Shown here one piece after another: positions 48,870-60,051 of a stretch of DNA of 64,000 nucleotides; position 1 is the first letter of the stretch; every line of letters starts with the position of its first letter. The translations under genes were made by a program, and so were the position numbers. Under the pieces are notes generated by a model. It searched no databases. It was not told where the DNA came from and saw nothing but the letters and a program-made list of their open reading frames with translations. The stretch lies in NCBI GenBank assembly GCA_051439605.1, contig JBFRWN010000082.1, positions 28,100 to 92,099 of the forward strand. Reading direction: 5' to 3'. Origin of the DNA: Synechococcus sp. GTDB taxonomy: Bacteria > Cyanobacteriota > Cyanobacteriia > Thermostichales > PCC-7336.

Positions 48870-50765
48870 GTGAAGCTCGGCACCGAATTTATCCAATTGC
48901 CCCTTCGCTTTGATGTGGAGCGGTTAACCTCAGAAATCGCAGCCTTCACAGAAGCAGATTGGCGCGAACATCCCAGCCGCTACGAGGGAAACAGTGCCAT
49001 CCCTCTGATTTCAGCGTTTGGGGAAGGGAACGACGATCTACAGGGGCCCATGCTGCCCACCCCCTATCTCAAGCGCTGTCCCTACATTCAACAGGTGCTG
49101 GCTAGTTTCAACACCGTCATCGGCCGATCGCGTCTCATGCGACTGGCTCCCCGCCATTCGGTGCCCCGTCACTACGATTCAAACTACTACTGGTTTAATC
49201 GCACCCGCGTTCATATCCCTATCCTGACCGACCCCGATGTCAAGTTTGTCTGCAATGAAAAATCCGTCCATATGGTGGCTGGAGAAGCCTGGACATTTGA
49301 CAATTGGCAGATGCACGAGGTGATTCACTCCAGCGATCGCCCCCGTATTCATCTGGTGTTTGACACTTGCGGTAGCGCAGATTTTTGGCGGGTAGTGGAA
49401 GAGTCGCATCAATTGAGACAGCAATCAACTCCAGACTCTACCAAGCCGCTCCGTTCTTACTTTGTACGTTTTGACCCTAAGCAATCCCCCCAATTCCCTC
49501 TAGAGCGGGCGGAACTCCCTCCCGTCATGTCCCCAGCGGAAGTTGACATCGCCCTGTTAGACACGATCCAAGATCTCGACATAGAGGAGGTGCCCCCTGA
49601 GCAGTATCGCCCCTTCATCCAGTTGCTGCATGCCCACCGCTACAACTGGCGATCGCTGTGGACCACTTACGGCATTAATCAGGAAGGATATTCCCACTAC
49701 CAACAACTGCTCAAACAGACCCTCTCCCAAGCAAAAGACATCGGACAAGGGCTCACCTTCGCCAGCAATCATTCTTCGGTCATTGTGGCCCTAGAAACTC
49801 GGCTGGCTGCCAGCCTCCAAGCCAGCACTCCCGCTCCTACCATCCCTTCCTCCTTCAACATCCCCCGTACTCCCCCTCCCCTCCCGAAGCAGCTACAAGT
49901 AACCTTTCACCAGCCCGTCTTCATTGTGGCCGCCCCCCGCTCGGGCTCCACCCTGCTGTTTGAAACCCTCAGCCAATCTAAGGTGCTGTGGACAGTAGGG
50001 GGAGAAAGCCACCATCAATTTGAGTCCATACAAGCCCTCCATCCATCCTTTCGAGGCTACGCATCCAACCGACTGACCTCAGCAGACGCCACCTCTGAGG
50101 TATCCCAGCAATTGCTGGCTAACTTCGCGCGATCGCTGCAAAACCATGCTGGCACTCCGCTAACAAGCCTCTCCGATCCCCCAGTGGCAATTCGCCTGTT
50201 GGAAAAAACCCCAAAAAACTCGCTGCGCATTCCTTTCCTACAAAAGGTTTTCCCTCAAGCGCGGTTTATTTTCCTGCACCGCAACCCCGCCGCCAACATC
50301 AGCAGCATCATCAGCGCCTGGGAATCCGGTCGCTTCGTCACCTATCCCCACTTACCCGATTGGCACGGGATGCCTTGGTCCCTCATCTTGCCCCCCCAAT
50401 GGCGAGAGTTAGAGGACGCATCTCTAGCCGAGATTGCCGCCTTCCAATGGCGCAGTGCCAATCAGACGATATTGGAAGATTTACAGCAACTGCCCTCAGA
50501 ACAATGGTGTGCGGTGTCCTACGAGCAATTTCTCGCAAACCCCGAAGCGGAAACCGAACGTCTCTGTACCTTTGCCTCGATTCCCTTTGGCCGCAACCTC
50601 AAACGGCGCACCTCTAACGCCCTGCCCCATTCCCGCTTTACCCTCAGCTCTCCCCACCCCAACAAATGGCAGAGACACGAAATTGAATTGGCCCCTATCT
50701 TGCCTCAGATGCACTTGCTCGCGGAGCAACTGCGATCGCTCGTGCCCAAAGCGGTAGGTGTTTAA
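48870..50765 (+). CDS. Fusion of Asp/Asn beta-hydroxylase domain and sulfotransferase domain
   Basis: RSRLMRL...HYD...RVHIPI...FDNWQMHEV...RIHLVFD (2OG oxygenase) and FIVAAPRSGSTLL, EKTPKN, HRNP (PAPS-dependent sulfotransferase). Confidence 0.88.
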   Translation: MKLGTEFIQLPLRFDVERLTSEIAAFTEADWREHPSRYEGNSAIPLISAFGEGNDDLQGPMLPTPYLKRCPYIQQVLASFNTVIGRSRLMRLAPRHSVPRHYDSNYYWFNRTRVHIPILTDPDVKFVCNEKSVHMVAGEAWTFDNWQMHEVIHSSDRPRIHLVFDTCGSADFWRVVEESHQLRQQSTPDSTKPLRSYFVRFDPKQSPQFPLERAELPPVMSPAEVDIALLDTIQDLDIEEVPPEQYRPFIQLLHAHRYNWRSLWTTYGINQEGYSHYQQLLKQTLSQAKDIGQGLTFASNHSSVIVALETRLAASLQASTPAPTIPSSFNIPRTPPPLPKQLQVTFHQPVFIVAAPRSGSTLLFETLSQSKVLWTVGGESHHQFESIQALHPSFRGYASNRLTSADATSEVSQQLLANFARSLQNHAGTPLTSLSDPPVAIRLLEKTPKNSLRIPFLQKVFPQARFIFLHRNPAANISSIISAWESGRFVTYPHLPDWHGMPWSLILPPQWRELEDASLAEIAAFQWRSANQTILEDLQQLPSEQWCAVSYEQFLANPEAETERLCTFASIPFGRNLKRRTSNALPHSRFTLSSPHPNKWQRHEIELAPILPQMHLLAEQLRSLVPKAVGV

Positions 50766-50824
50766 CTGACGTTTGCAAGCCGACTGCTTTGACGAGCTGA
50801 AAGCGATGGCAACCAACAAGCTGC

Positions 50825-52180
50825 TTAGGATAGTTCAGCCACCCATCCATCACTGTAGCTATTCACATCCGCGGGTAGAGCGACTGTAAAACAAGACCCC
50901 TGCTTGATGACGCTAGTGGCTTTTATCGAGCCACCGTGTTGTTGGGCAATAGTTTGGGCGATCGCCAACCCCAACCCCGATCCGGTATGACGATAAGTAC
51001 GGGCAGCTTCAGCCCTCCAGAAGCGCTGAAAGATGAACTTGAGTTGTTCGGGGGGAATGCCTATCCCCGTATCGATAATCCGGGTAACCACCCAGCGTGC
51101 CGCAGGCTCCACCTCAACGCGAATTGTTCCCCCTCCAGAGGTATATTGCAGTGCATTCTCGATCAAATTGCCAAACAATCGCCGTAATTGCATGGAGTTA
51201 CCGACAATAGTCGTCTGATGCCCCTCGATCCGATCGAATTGCAGGTGGATCCCCTGTTGCCTGGCCACATCCCCATAGTTCGAGACTAAATCCTCTAGCA
51301 ACTTATCCAGCAGGATCGAATGGCGATCGCTCGTTGCGATCTCACTCCCCGCATCTGCACGGGCCAGCAACAGCAAGTCTTCTGTTAAGCAGGTCATTTG
51401 TTCGGTGGCGCTGGACAAAACCTGCAGTTTTTTGATGTCGGCAGGATGAACCCGCTCTGGATGCTCCTGCATCAACTCCACAAACCCTTGGATCACAGTT
51501 AAGGGGGTGCGCAACTCGTGGGATGCATCAGCGGTAAATTGACGCAGCTGATTAAAACTCTGTTTGACAGGAATCAGGGCTCGATCGGTCAGCCACAAAC
51601 TGCTGATACCTATACACCCTAACGCCAGCGAGCCCCCTAGACTCAACCCCCAGAGCAACTGCTTTTTGGCCACAAACACATCTTCCATCGATTGGCTGGC
51701 TCGAACATAACCCTCCAATATCGGGACTGATGAATAGGGACTGTCGCTAAACACCGAGATGGAGTAAGCGCGGATGGGATAGCCCCTATCCCCTGAATAA
51801 AGGGTCTGTGCCCCTAATTTAGGAGGACGTGCAATCGTAATGGTTCCCTTGCTAGCAAGCAAACGACTGTTTAAATCGAACCATTCCAGACTTTGGCGAT
51901 CGCGATTGAAGATATCGCGCCACGGCACTTCAGCCACACTGTCTAAGAACTCGCCGCCATACGCCTGCAAATCTGTATGGGTTGGCGTGGCGGCTTGAGC
52001 GAGAGTCAGCAATCGTTTGTCCAGCTGTTGGTAGAGACTGCTGACAACAAATCCGTACACCCCCGCCCCAAACCCTGCCAGCGATGCCGCCATCACGGTC
52101 AAATAGGTCAGTAACAGCCGTAGTCGCAATCGATGAAACAGTCGGTTGTTACGCCTGCTTGAGTCGATATCCCATCCCAT
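50825..52180 (-). CDS. Sensor histidine kinase (start uncertain)
   Basis: Two TM segments, ADASHELRTP H-box, NLIENALQY, DTGIGI and GSGLGLAI. Confidence 0.93.
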   Translation of the reverse strand: MGWDIDSSRRNNRLFHRLRLRLLLTYLTVMAASLAGFGAGVYGFVVSSLYQQLDKRLLTLAQAATPTHTDLQAYGGEFLDSVAEVPWRDIFNRDRQSLEWFDLNSRLLASKGTITIARPPKLGAQTLYSGDRGYPIRAYSISVFSDSPYSSVPILEGYVRASQSMEDVFVAKKQLLWGLSLGGSLALGCIGISSLWLTDRALIPVKQSFNQLRQFTADASHELRTPLTVIQGFVELMQEHPERVHPADIKKLQVLSSATEQMTCLTEDLLLLARADAGSEIATSDRHSILLDKLLEDLVSNYGDVARQQGIHLQFDRIEGHQTTIVGNSMQLRRLFGNLIENALQYTSGGGTIRVEVEPAARWVVTRIIDTGIGIPPEQLKFIFQRFWRAEAARTYRHTGSGLGLAIAQTIAQQHGGSIKATSVIKQGSCFTVALPADVNSYSDGWVAELS

Positions 52181-52823
52181 ATACGGTCTCGATCGGGTCA
52201 GTTTTGGCACCTGCTTGTCTTAATTTATGGCGCAGACGCTTGACGTGAAATTTAACAGCCTCTTCTTCAGGGGGCTCCTCGAACGGCCAAAGACGATCGA
52301 GCAGCGCGCTGCGACTGAAGATCCGATCGCCGTTGCGCATGAACAGTTCTAGCAGACAATATTCCTTAGGGGTCAAACTCAAGGGTTGGCGATCGTAGGT
52401 CGCTTGAGCCGAATTGGGATCGAGTCGGAGTAATCCTCGTTCCAGGATCGGGGGCTGAGAAACATTTCCCCGGCGCAGCAATGCCCGAATCCGAGCCGTC
52501 AATTCTCGAAACTTGAATGGTTTAACCACATAGTCGTCGGCCCCAGAATCTAGTCCTAGCACCCGATCCTGAGTGGCATCGCGGGCGGTCAACATCAAAA
52601 TGGGTGTCTGAAACCCTTGTTGTCGCAGCCTGCGACATAGAGTGATGCCGTCAATTTTGGGCAGCATCACATCCAGAAGGACGAGGTCGTATTCGAATGC
52701 TTCTATCATGTCCCGACCCATTTGTCCGTCATGGGCAACATCGACGATGAAATGATGCTCGGTCAAGCTTTCGCTCAACAGCTCGGTAATCCTCACATCG
52801 TCTTCAACCAGTAAGAGCTTCAT
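52149..52823 (-). CDS. OmpR-family response regulator
   Basis: VEDD, LDVMLP, LTAR, GADDYVVKPF and IETVYGMGY motifs. Confidence 0.95.
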   Translation of the reverse strand: MKLLLVEDDVRITELLSESLTEHHFIVDVAHDGQMGRDMIEAFEYDLVLLDVMLPKIDGITLCRRLRQQGFQTPILMLTARDATQDRVLGLDSGADDYVVKPFKFRELTARIRALLRRGNVSQPPILERGLLRLDPNSAQATYDRQPLSLTPKEYCLLELFMRNGDRIFSRSALLDRLWPFEEPPEEEAVKFHVKRLRHKLRQAGAKTDPIETVYGMGYRLKQA

Positions 52824-53011
52824 ACATCTACTGCCAGAGAGACTCGACTATTCTGACGTCATGGTGTTTTATGCAATGCTTCGCCCCCATGGGCTAGCCC
52901 CTAAGCTTAAGGCATAGGAGCCATCAAGCTTGTTGAGATTGCGGATAGCGCCCCTAGAGGGGAACCAATGCAGCGATCCTAACTGAAAGAGCCACAGTAA
53001 CTGCGTCTATA

Positions 53012-53039
53012 GGGAAACTCAGGCATAGGATGCCTGAGT
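53012..53039 (-). terminator. Stem-loop downstream of the acidic secreted protein gene
   Basis: Perfect 10-bp stem ACTCAGGCAT-N3-ATGCCTGAGT (53017-53039) with a short T run on the minus strand. Confidence 0.55.
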
Positions 53040-53124
53040 GAAGGCGCTAGCCTCAACCTACTCGGTCGATGTTGGCCCCAAAGAATCTCGCTTCATCGCA
53101 TCGGGAAAGAGCGGAGAAAAGACC

Positions 53125-53865
53125 CTATGATAAGAGTTCTTGGATCTCCTCAAGCTGGCGAGAGAGTTCAGGATCTTGGCGAATCTGGGCCACGATTGTG
53201 CTGAATTCGCTGGGGTCGTATCCCGCATCAACGATCGCTTGCTCTTGCATTTGCAGAGTCTCCTCCGTCACCGCCTCAACCTCTGCAGATGCTTGTTCGA
53301 ACTGCTGGGTTTCTTCAGGGGAAATGTTTGCATCCGCCTGCCCATCTGGGAATTGACTTGCTTGGGCGATCTCGACGTATCTTTCTTCGCTCAGTCCCGA
53401 CTCGACAATTGCCTCACCGACTTTTTCGCGAGCTTCGGTGGCGATCTCGTCAAGGTCGTTAATCGTTTCTGCAATCTGTTGCAGTTCTTCTTCAGACAGC
53501 TCGTTTACACTAGCGACCCCTTCTTCTGTCCCGGCTTCAACCTCACCTGACTCAACGTCTGCGATAGTCGGCTCAGTTGTTTCGGGTGAAGCCGGTGCTT
53601 CGGCTGATTCAACGCCATCAGAGGCGGATGTTTCCACATCGCCGCTGATTTCAGAACTCTCCCCATCGAGCAGAGGGGCTTGAGCGGAAGGGTCCAACTC
53701 TATTTCGGATGAGGCAGAATCGGGTGCTAATGCATCCTCCACGATAGAATCGGTCTCCTCAACCATAGGAGGATCAGTAGTGGGATCTTCTTGTGCATGC
53801 AGCACCGTGAAGCCAAAGACGAGGAACGATAACGCTGCGCTACCTACGAGTAATTGCTTCAACAT
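53125..53865 (-). CDS. Acidic secreted protein, DUF4168-like helical repeats
   Basis: Signal peptide ending LHAQ; AIVESGLSEERYVEI and AIVDAGYDPSEFSTIVAQIRQDPEL repeats. Confidence 0.75.
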   Translation of the reverse strand: MLKQLLVGSAALSFLVFGFTVLHAQEDPTTDPPMVEETDSIVEDALAPDSASSEIELDPSAQAPLLDGESSEISGDVETSASDGVESAEAPASPETTEPTIADVESGEVEAGTEEGVASVNELSEEELQQIAETINDLDEIATEAREKVGEAIVESGLSEERYVEIAQASQFPDGQADANISPEETQQFEQASAEVEAVTEETLQMQEQAIVDAGYDPSEFSTIVAQIRQDPELSRQLEEIQELLS

Positions 53866-54191
53866 AACGAGTCACTTGAAAAACTACTTGAAATCGAATA
53901 GCCGAAAAACATATCGCGACCTTCGATACCCTGCAGCTTTTGCGCTGCATCGGCTTCAGTGTAGGAACTCAATGGGAGGAAATCGGGAGAGGGCATGAAA
54001 ATCCAAAACTAAGCACAAAAACATTTGATGAATCCCCCGCGAAAGAGCAGTCTCTCTTTCCCGCCAAGCATCCCGCCAACCATTTGCCAGCGTGGGCCAA
54101 AACCCTTGGGGTAATCTGGATTCAACGGTGTAGTTTTGCCGTCTGCAACAGTTTTGAACTCTGTGGCATCGATCTGTGTGGTGTGGAAGTT

Positions 54192-55967
54192 ATGAAGAAA
54201 CCGATTTTAAGTGTCCGAAATTTGCAAGTGGCATTTCGCTCAGACGATCGCCTCACCACTGCCATCCATCGCCTAGATTTCGATCTGTTCCCCGGTCAGA
54301 CATTGGGCATCGTAGGCGAGTCTGGTTCGGGCAAAACTGTCACCTCCTTAGCCGTGATGGGGCTACTACCAGCAACCACCGCACAAGTCTCTGGCCAAGT
54401 ACTCCTTCGCGAGGAACCCGAGAGCGATCGCACCACTGACCTGTTGCAGCTTTCCCCCAAACAAATTCGCGCCTACCGGGGCAATCGCATTGCTATGGTG
54501 TTTCAAGAGCCCACCAGCGCTCTGAACCCCGTTTACACCTGTGGATTTCAAGTCATCGAAACGATCTTGGCCAATGAAAAAGTCAGTCGTGTCGAAGCCC
54601 GCCAACGAACGATCGATCTGTTTCGGGAGGTGCAGTTACCCGATCCGGAACGCATGCTGGATCGCTATCCCCACCAGCTGTCTGGAGGGCAAATGCAGCG
54701 GGTAACCATCGCAATCGCCCTCTCCTGCAACCCCGAAATCTTAATTGCAGACGAGCCCACTACCGCTCTGGATGTGACGGTGCAAGCGGAGATATTGCGC
54801 CTGATGAAGACGCTGCAACAGCGACGCAATATGGCGATTATTTTCATCACCCACGACTTGGGGGTGATTGCTGAAATAGCGGATGACGTCGTGGTGATGT
54901 ATCGCGGTCAGCGGGTGGAAACCGGATCCGTCAGCTCTATTTTCGAGCAACCGCAGAGTCCCTACACGAAAGGTCTGCTCACCTGCCGACCTCCGCTGGA
55001 ACGCCGCATGAAAGTATTGCCCACCACCGCCGATTTCATGCAGGTAACGAAGAATGCAGATGGCACGCTTAACATCCAAGAGAAACAAGCCAGCTCGGTG
55101 CGGCAGGCCCTATTAAATGCTGCGATGACTCCGGCAGAAGCAGAAACGCGCCTAGCGCGGCTACAGGGACAAAAACCCCTGTTGCAGGTGCAGCATCTGA
55201 AAACCTACTTCCCGGTGCGCCAGGGACTGTTCGGCCAGCAAACCGGCGTGGTTAAGGCAGTCGATGATGTCAGCTTCGATCTGTTCCCAGGAGAAACCTT
55301 GGGGTTGGTCGGGGAGTCTGGTTGCGGTAAATCCACCCTCGGACGGTCAATCTTGCAGCTCATTCGTCCCACCAGCGGTACGGTGCTTTACGACGGCGAT
55401 GACCTGGTACAGCTGTCCTCACGACGACTGCGTTCGCTGCGGCGCGAACTCCAAATTATCTTTCAAGACCCGTTTAGTTCCCTCGACCCCCGCCTGACGG
55501 TGGGGGCATCCGTCATGGAACCGATGGTGCTGCACGGTATTGGTCGCAATCGGGCTGACAGAAAAACGAAAGCGGCGGAGTTATTGGAAAAAGTGGGCAT
55601 GGAAGGGGACATGCTCAACCGCATGCCCCACGAGTTTTCTGGAGGACAGCGACAAAGGGTGTGTATCGCCCGCGCCTTGGCCTCTGCCCCAAAACTGATT
55701 ATTTGCGACGAGTCGGTGTCCGCCTTAGATGTGTCGGTCCAGGCGCAGGTGCTGAATTTGCTCAAGGATTTACAGTCAGAATTTGACCTGAGCTATCTAT
55801 TTATTTCCCACGATCTAAGTGTCGTGAAGTTCATTAGCGATCGCATCGTAGTGATGAATCGAGGCCGAATCGAGGAAATTGCACCAGCAGAGGAGTTATA
55901 TGCCAACCCCACCAAGGAATACACGCGATCGCTAATTTCCGCCATTCCAGGGGTCAAAGCCGCTTAG
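54192..55967 (+). CDS. Dipeptide/oligopeptide-type ABC transporter ATP-binding protein with two fused NBDs
   Basis: GESGSGKT and GESGCGKS Walker A motifs; YPHQLSGG and [11 protein letters not shown] signatures. Confidence 0.93.
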   Translation: MKKPILSVRNLQVAFRSDDRLTTAIHRLDFDLFPGQTLGIVGESGSGKTVTSLAVMGLLPATTAQVSGQVLLREEPESDRTTDLLQLSPKQIRAYRGNRIAMVFQEPTSALNPVYTCGFQVIETILANEKVSRVEARQRTIDLFREVQLPDPERMLDRYPHQLSGGQMQRVTIAIALSCNPEILIADEPTTALDVTVQAEILRLMKTLQQRRNMAIIFITHDLGVIAEIADDVVVMYRGQRVETGSVSSIFEQPQSPYTKGLLTCRPPLERRMKVLPTTADFMQVTKNADGTLNIQEKQASSVRQALLNAAMTPAEAETRLARLQGQKPLLQVQHLKTYFPVRQGLFGQQTGVVKAVDDVSFDLFPGETLGLVGESGCGKSTLGRSILQLIRPTSGTVLYDGDDLVQLSSRRLRSLRRELQIIFQDPFSSLDPRLTVGASVMEPMVLHGIGRNRADRKTKAAELLEKVGMEGDMLNRMPHEFSGGQRQRVCIARALASAPKLIICDESVSALDVSVQAQVLNLLKDLQSEFDLSYLFISHDLSVVKFISDRIVVMNRGRIEEIAPAEELYANPTKEYTRSLISAIPGVKAA

Positions 55968-56146
55968 GATATGTGTCCTCATCTTCTGAACATCTCCTAG
56001 AATAAGCACTGTTTTTCTGACGCACCGATCGAGGGAACTGATTCACATATTCTTTGGCTGTACCTCTTGTGCCAGTCCCTTGAACAATGGCGATCGTATT
56101 ACCCGAAATAGTGTAGAGACATGAACGATAATTGCTCAACGTCAGG

Positions 56147-56881
56147 CTATGCCACTCGCCTCATGCCTGCAGCGTCTGGGTTAAAGCTGGGATTAAACCG
56201 AGTGTCGCAATTGTAGACTGCTTCAACCAAATTGGCAGTTTTCAGACCGGTGTACGATTCGCTGTCCTGTTCCAAGATGGCTTCTCGCAAATCTGCCCGA
56301 CTGAGATTTGCCCCTTGCAACTCCACCATCACCAAAATGGCTCCCCGCAGATCTGCGCGTTCAAGCACACTATTAGCCAGATTGGTTTCAAATAAATTAG
56401 CCCCCCTTAAATTTGCGCGGCTCAAGTCAGCATCTTTAAAAATTGCTCGCCGCAAATCTGCTCGCCCTAAGGTGGCCCCCTTCAAGTCGGCACCATCCAA
56501 TCGCGATTCAGAAAGATTGGCCTCCGACAAATTAGTCCCCCACAGGGCTGCCCCTTTCAGATTGGTTGCGTGGCAATTTGCCCCCAACAGTTCTGCTCCG
56601 CTTAAACTGCCACCAAATAAGTTGGCATAGCTCAAATTTGCCCCTGTCAAATCAGCCCCATTAAGTGTAGACGCTGACAGATTAGCCTGTATTAAGCTGA
56701 CATTCACCAAACAAGCGCGGTTCAGATTGGCTCCGGACAAGTTAGCACCATCCAACCGAGCCCCAGACAAATCAACTCTGGGTAGATTGGAATCAGCGAG
56801 CTCAACCCCGCGGAAATCCCTTTCCCCCGCAGCATAAGCTTCCAGCAGATCGGCAACAGTGGAAACGCTCAACCTCGTCAT
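56147..56881 (-). CDS. Pentapeptide repeat protein
   Basis: YAAGERDF N-cap and tandem A(N/D)Lxx repeats. Confidence 0.95.
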   Translation of the reverse strand: MTRLSVSTVADLLEAYAAGERDFRGVELADSNLPRVDLSGARLDGANLSGANLNRACLVNVSLIQANLSASTLNGADLTGANLSYANLFGGSLSGAELLGANCHATNLKGAALWGTNLSEANLSESRLDGADLKGATLGRADLRRAIFKDADLSRANLRGANLFETNLANSVLERADLRGAILVMVELQGANLSRADLREAILEQDSESYTGLKTANLVEAVYNCDTRFNPSFNPDAAGMRRVA

Positions 56882-57492
56882 CCTCTCCGTAACTTGAAGA
56901 TAGGCAGCTGCCAGCTCGAAATTACTTCTCTTTGTAAAGCTAACCTAACGATAGAAGCTTTCCCCATTCACCCATAGATAAATGCAATTAACGCAGACTT
57001 ACATGGCAATTTTCTCTGTATTTACCACTAACCCCCACAAAAACAATTAACCAAAAAGGTTCTCGCATACCTTGTCAGCTTGCTGCAGGGACAAACAGCC
57101 CGGCGTCTGTCGGGACAGTGGTAGATTGTGGGTTTTGCCCATATGAGCTTGTGTGGCAGCCTCTCAAGGATGCGTTCTCATGACGAGTCTTTGAGTCGCT
57201 TGAGCAACTAGGCCAAGCCAAACTTTCATTGACAGGCTGTATCTATAAACTTGGGCAGGTAAGAATTTGGTCCTATGCGACGGCCAAAGGGGTTACCAAT
57301 GTAGATTTGCTCAAGCAGTTGTGATTGGAATTTCCCAACCACACCGTCAAACTCATGGGATGGGACTCTTTATTAAGGTTCCGCATTGGTTTGGCAAGCA
57401 CCCAGGTGCTTGGCTTCCTCTGAGTAGACTCATTTTTTTCTCTCCAAAGATAAAGCGAGTAGGATTAACCTCAAAGCTCCATCGAATCGGCC

Positions 57493-57795
57493 ATGCATCT
57501 GTCCCCTCAAGAGAAAGACAAGCTTCTAATTTATTTGGCTGCTCAATTGGCGCGCGAGCGGCGTGAACGTGGAATCAAACTGAATTACCCTGAAGCTGTG
57601 GCCCTCCTGAGTTCCGAAGTCTTGGAAGGGGCAAGAGAGGGTAAGTCGGTGGCCACTCTAATGAGTGATGGACTGAAAGTCCTGTCCTATGAGGACGTCA
57701 TGCCTGGAGTACCAGAAATGATCCCCGAGATTCAGGTGGAGGCAACCTTTCCAGACGGTACAAAACTAGTCACCCTGCACCATCCCATTCGTTAG
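57493..57795 (+). CDS. ureA: Urease gamma subunit
   Basis: [18 protein letters not shown] and [19 protein letters not shown]. Confidence 0.98.
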   Translation: MHLSPQEKDKLLIYLAAQLARERRERGIKLNYPEAVALLSSEVLEGAREGKSVATLMSDGLKVLSYEDVMPGVPEMIPEIQVEATFPDGTKLVTLHHPIR

Positions 57796-58094
57796 AGGGG
57801 CAAACAAAGCTCTCATTAGGAATCTAGGCTGACACAGGAGCGGTTAATCGCGGAAAGACAGGTGAAGATTTCAATTTCCGTAGATGGTCAGGAATATTTC
57901 CCTAGGAATATCTATTTATGGATATGTGCTTAACATTCTTGCCTAGCGGGACTAAACTCCTGAAAGCCCCAAACACTCGTTGCCAATACCAGCTAAAATG
58001 CGGGATCGCAGAGCTACTCATGCCAATCGAGCCTCCTCCGATGTTTCAGATGCGATGAGTGGCTGTGGTCTGCCAACTTGCTCGGCATTTTTTT

Positions 58095-59057
58095 GTGAAC
58101 TGGACTGCCCCCTCTTCTCTTTCCCAACTGCAACTCGCAACCCAGCGAGGGGAATTTTTGTTGACCGCTGAAGTGGCTCCCCCAAAAGGGGGGGATCCCC
58201 GCCACATGCTGGCGCAAGCATCCACACTGCGAGATCGCGTCCATGCGGTGAATGTCACGGACTCAAGCCGTGCTATGGCCCGCATGAGCCCCTTAGCAGC
58301 GGCGACCTTGCTCGAATCCATAGGGTTAGAGTCCGTTATGCAGTTGGCCTGTCGCGATCGCAATCTAATTGCCCTTCAAGGGGATTTGATGGGTGCCGCC
58401 GCATTGGGCATCCGCAATGTATTGGCATTAACGGGCGACCCTGTAAAGCTGGGAGACTGCAAGCAAGCCCGACAAGTATCCGATTTAGAAGCCGTTCGCC
58501 TGCTCAAGCTAATTCGTAATTTAAAGACAGGCACCGATGCAAACGAAAAGCCCCTACCAGATGGAGCCGTGAAGCTTTTTGCCGGAGCCGCCGTCGATCC
58601 GCAGCATCCCAATCTCAGCAGCTTGCAAAAGCGGTTCGCATGCAAGGTCCAGAATGGAGCAGACTTTTTTCAAAGTCAGATGATCACCGACTTCGATCGC
58701 TTTGAAACCTTTATGGACAAAGTGGCGCGCCCTCTAGGGAAGCCAATCTTGGCTGGTATTTTTCTGTTAAAGTCCGCTAAGAATGCCCGCTTCATTAATA
58801 AGCACTTGCCTGGGGTTAAGATCCTCGACAGCACAATCGCTCGTCTTGAAGGTGCCGCCGATCCACTATCAGAAGGTATTGATATTGCAGCAGAGCAGGT
58901 GAAAATCGCCCGTGAGTTATGCGAAGGCGTACACTTAATGGCGGTTAAGGCCGAACACGTAATTCCTGAAATCCTCGATCGGGCTGGAATTCTTCCGCTA
59001 TCTAGAGGGGAAGGCGAGCGGGGAGTATTAGCTTCAGCCGGGAATATTCAGGTATAA
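58095..59057 (+). CDS. metF: Methylenetetrahydrofolate reductase
   Basis: AEVAPPKG, VNVTD, QLACRDRN, LTGDP and FFQSQ motifs. Confidence 0.9.
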   Translation: MNWTAPSSLSQLQLATQRGEFLLTAEVAPPKGGDPRHMLAQASTLRDRVHAVNVTDSSRAMARMSPLAAATLLESIGLESVMQLACRDRNLIALQGDLMGAAALGIRNVLALTGDPVKLGDCKQARQVSDLEAVRLLKLIRNLKTGTDANEKPLPDGAVKLFAGAAVDPQHPNLSSLQKRFACKVQNGADFFQSQMITDFDRFETFMDKVARPLGKPILAGIFLLKSAKNARFINKHLPGVKILDSTIARLEGAADPLSEGIDIAAEQVKIARELCEGVHLMAVKAEHVIPEILDRAGILPLSRGEGERGVLASAGNIQV

Positions 59058-59229
59058 ATGCCGTAATATTAGTTCGGTTGGATGCACAAAAATAGCAAAT
59101 TTGTCAATAGGTGAATTGCGCAAATATTTTGCTTGACACCCCTACCATAAAACTTTAGGAAATATTAAAATCTGTGGAAGCTTGTCAACCGACAGCACTA
59201 ACCGACTTTACCCATTCAGGGAGCCAAAT

Positions 59230-59802
59230 ATGACTGCAGCTGCCGAGCGTGCTACCCCCACCATGACCCACAAGGGCTTTCTTCTCTGGTTCACCGGTCT
59301 ATCTGGTTCTGGTAAATCTACAATCTCTGTGCCTGTCGCCAAGGCCCTCAGAAAAGCAGGTTGCAAGGTTGAGGTACTGGATGGTGATGTTGTCCGGATG
59401 AACCTCAGCAAAGGTCTAGGCTTCAGCAAGGAGGATCGCGACACAAACATTCGTCGAATTGGTTTTGTGGGTGGAATGCTGTCCCGTAACGGCGTGATCT
59501 CTCTGACTGCTGCAATTTCCCCTTATCGTGCTACCCGCGAATCTATCCGCGAGCAAACCGTTAACTTCATTGAAGTTTTTGTGGATTGTCCCGTTGAAGT
59601 TTGTGCTCAACGAGATGTGAAAGGTCTATACGAAAAAGCATATAGAGGCGAGATCGCTAACTTCACCGGTGTCTCAGATCCCTACGAACCTCCCGTTAAC
59701 CCTGAAATCGTTCTCAAAACCCACGAGGAGTCGATTGAGGAGTCTGTGAAGAAAGTCATGACCTATCTAGTAGAGCATGACTATATTTCTCGCATGCCTT
59801 AA
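59230..59802 (+). CDS. cysC: Adenylyl-sulfate kinase
   Basis: WFTGLSGSGKST, LDGD, RDVKGLY and FTGVSDPYE motifs. Confidence 0.97.
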   Translation: MTAAAERATPTMTHKGFLLWFTGLSGSGKSTISVPVAKALRKAGCKVEVLDGDVVRMNLSKGLGFSKEDRDTNIRRIGFVGGMLSRNGVISLTAAISPYRATRESIREQTVNFIEVFVDCPVEVCAQRDVKGLYEKAYRGEIANFTGVSDPYEPPVNPEIVLKTHEESIEESVKKVMTYLVEHDYISRMP

Positions 59803-59859
59803 TCGTCCTATTTCTCAAGAGGGCTAGCTCTCCATTTCACTATTACAGTCTCATCTTGC

Positions 59860-59883
59860 CCTGCTAAACAGCAGGCTTTTTTT
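59860..59883 (+). terminator. Intrinsic terminator after cysC
   Basis: CCTGCT-AAAC-AGCAGG followed by C and seven T. Confidence 0.75.
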
Positions 59884-60051
59884 ATGCAGGAGCCTGTTTG
59901 CTACCAGCGGTTGAAGAGCCAACTATCGAGTAGCTAAGAATAATTCAATCCATCCCCGTTTTCAAACTTGATTCAGCTGTATAAATAGGACTAATTCTGA
60001 GTCTGGAACAACCTAACAAAAACTGATGTAGGAGAAAACCTGAGACTGTTT

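Noticed and set aside
57018..57031. NtcA site upstream of ureA
   Set aside because: The best match is GTA-N8-TAA, imperfect and about 460 bp from the start.
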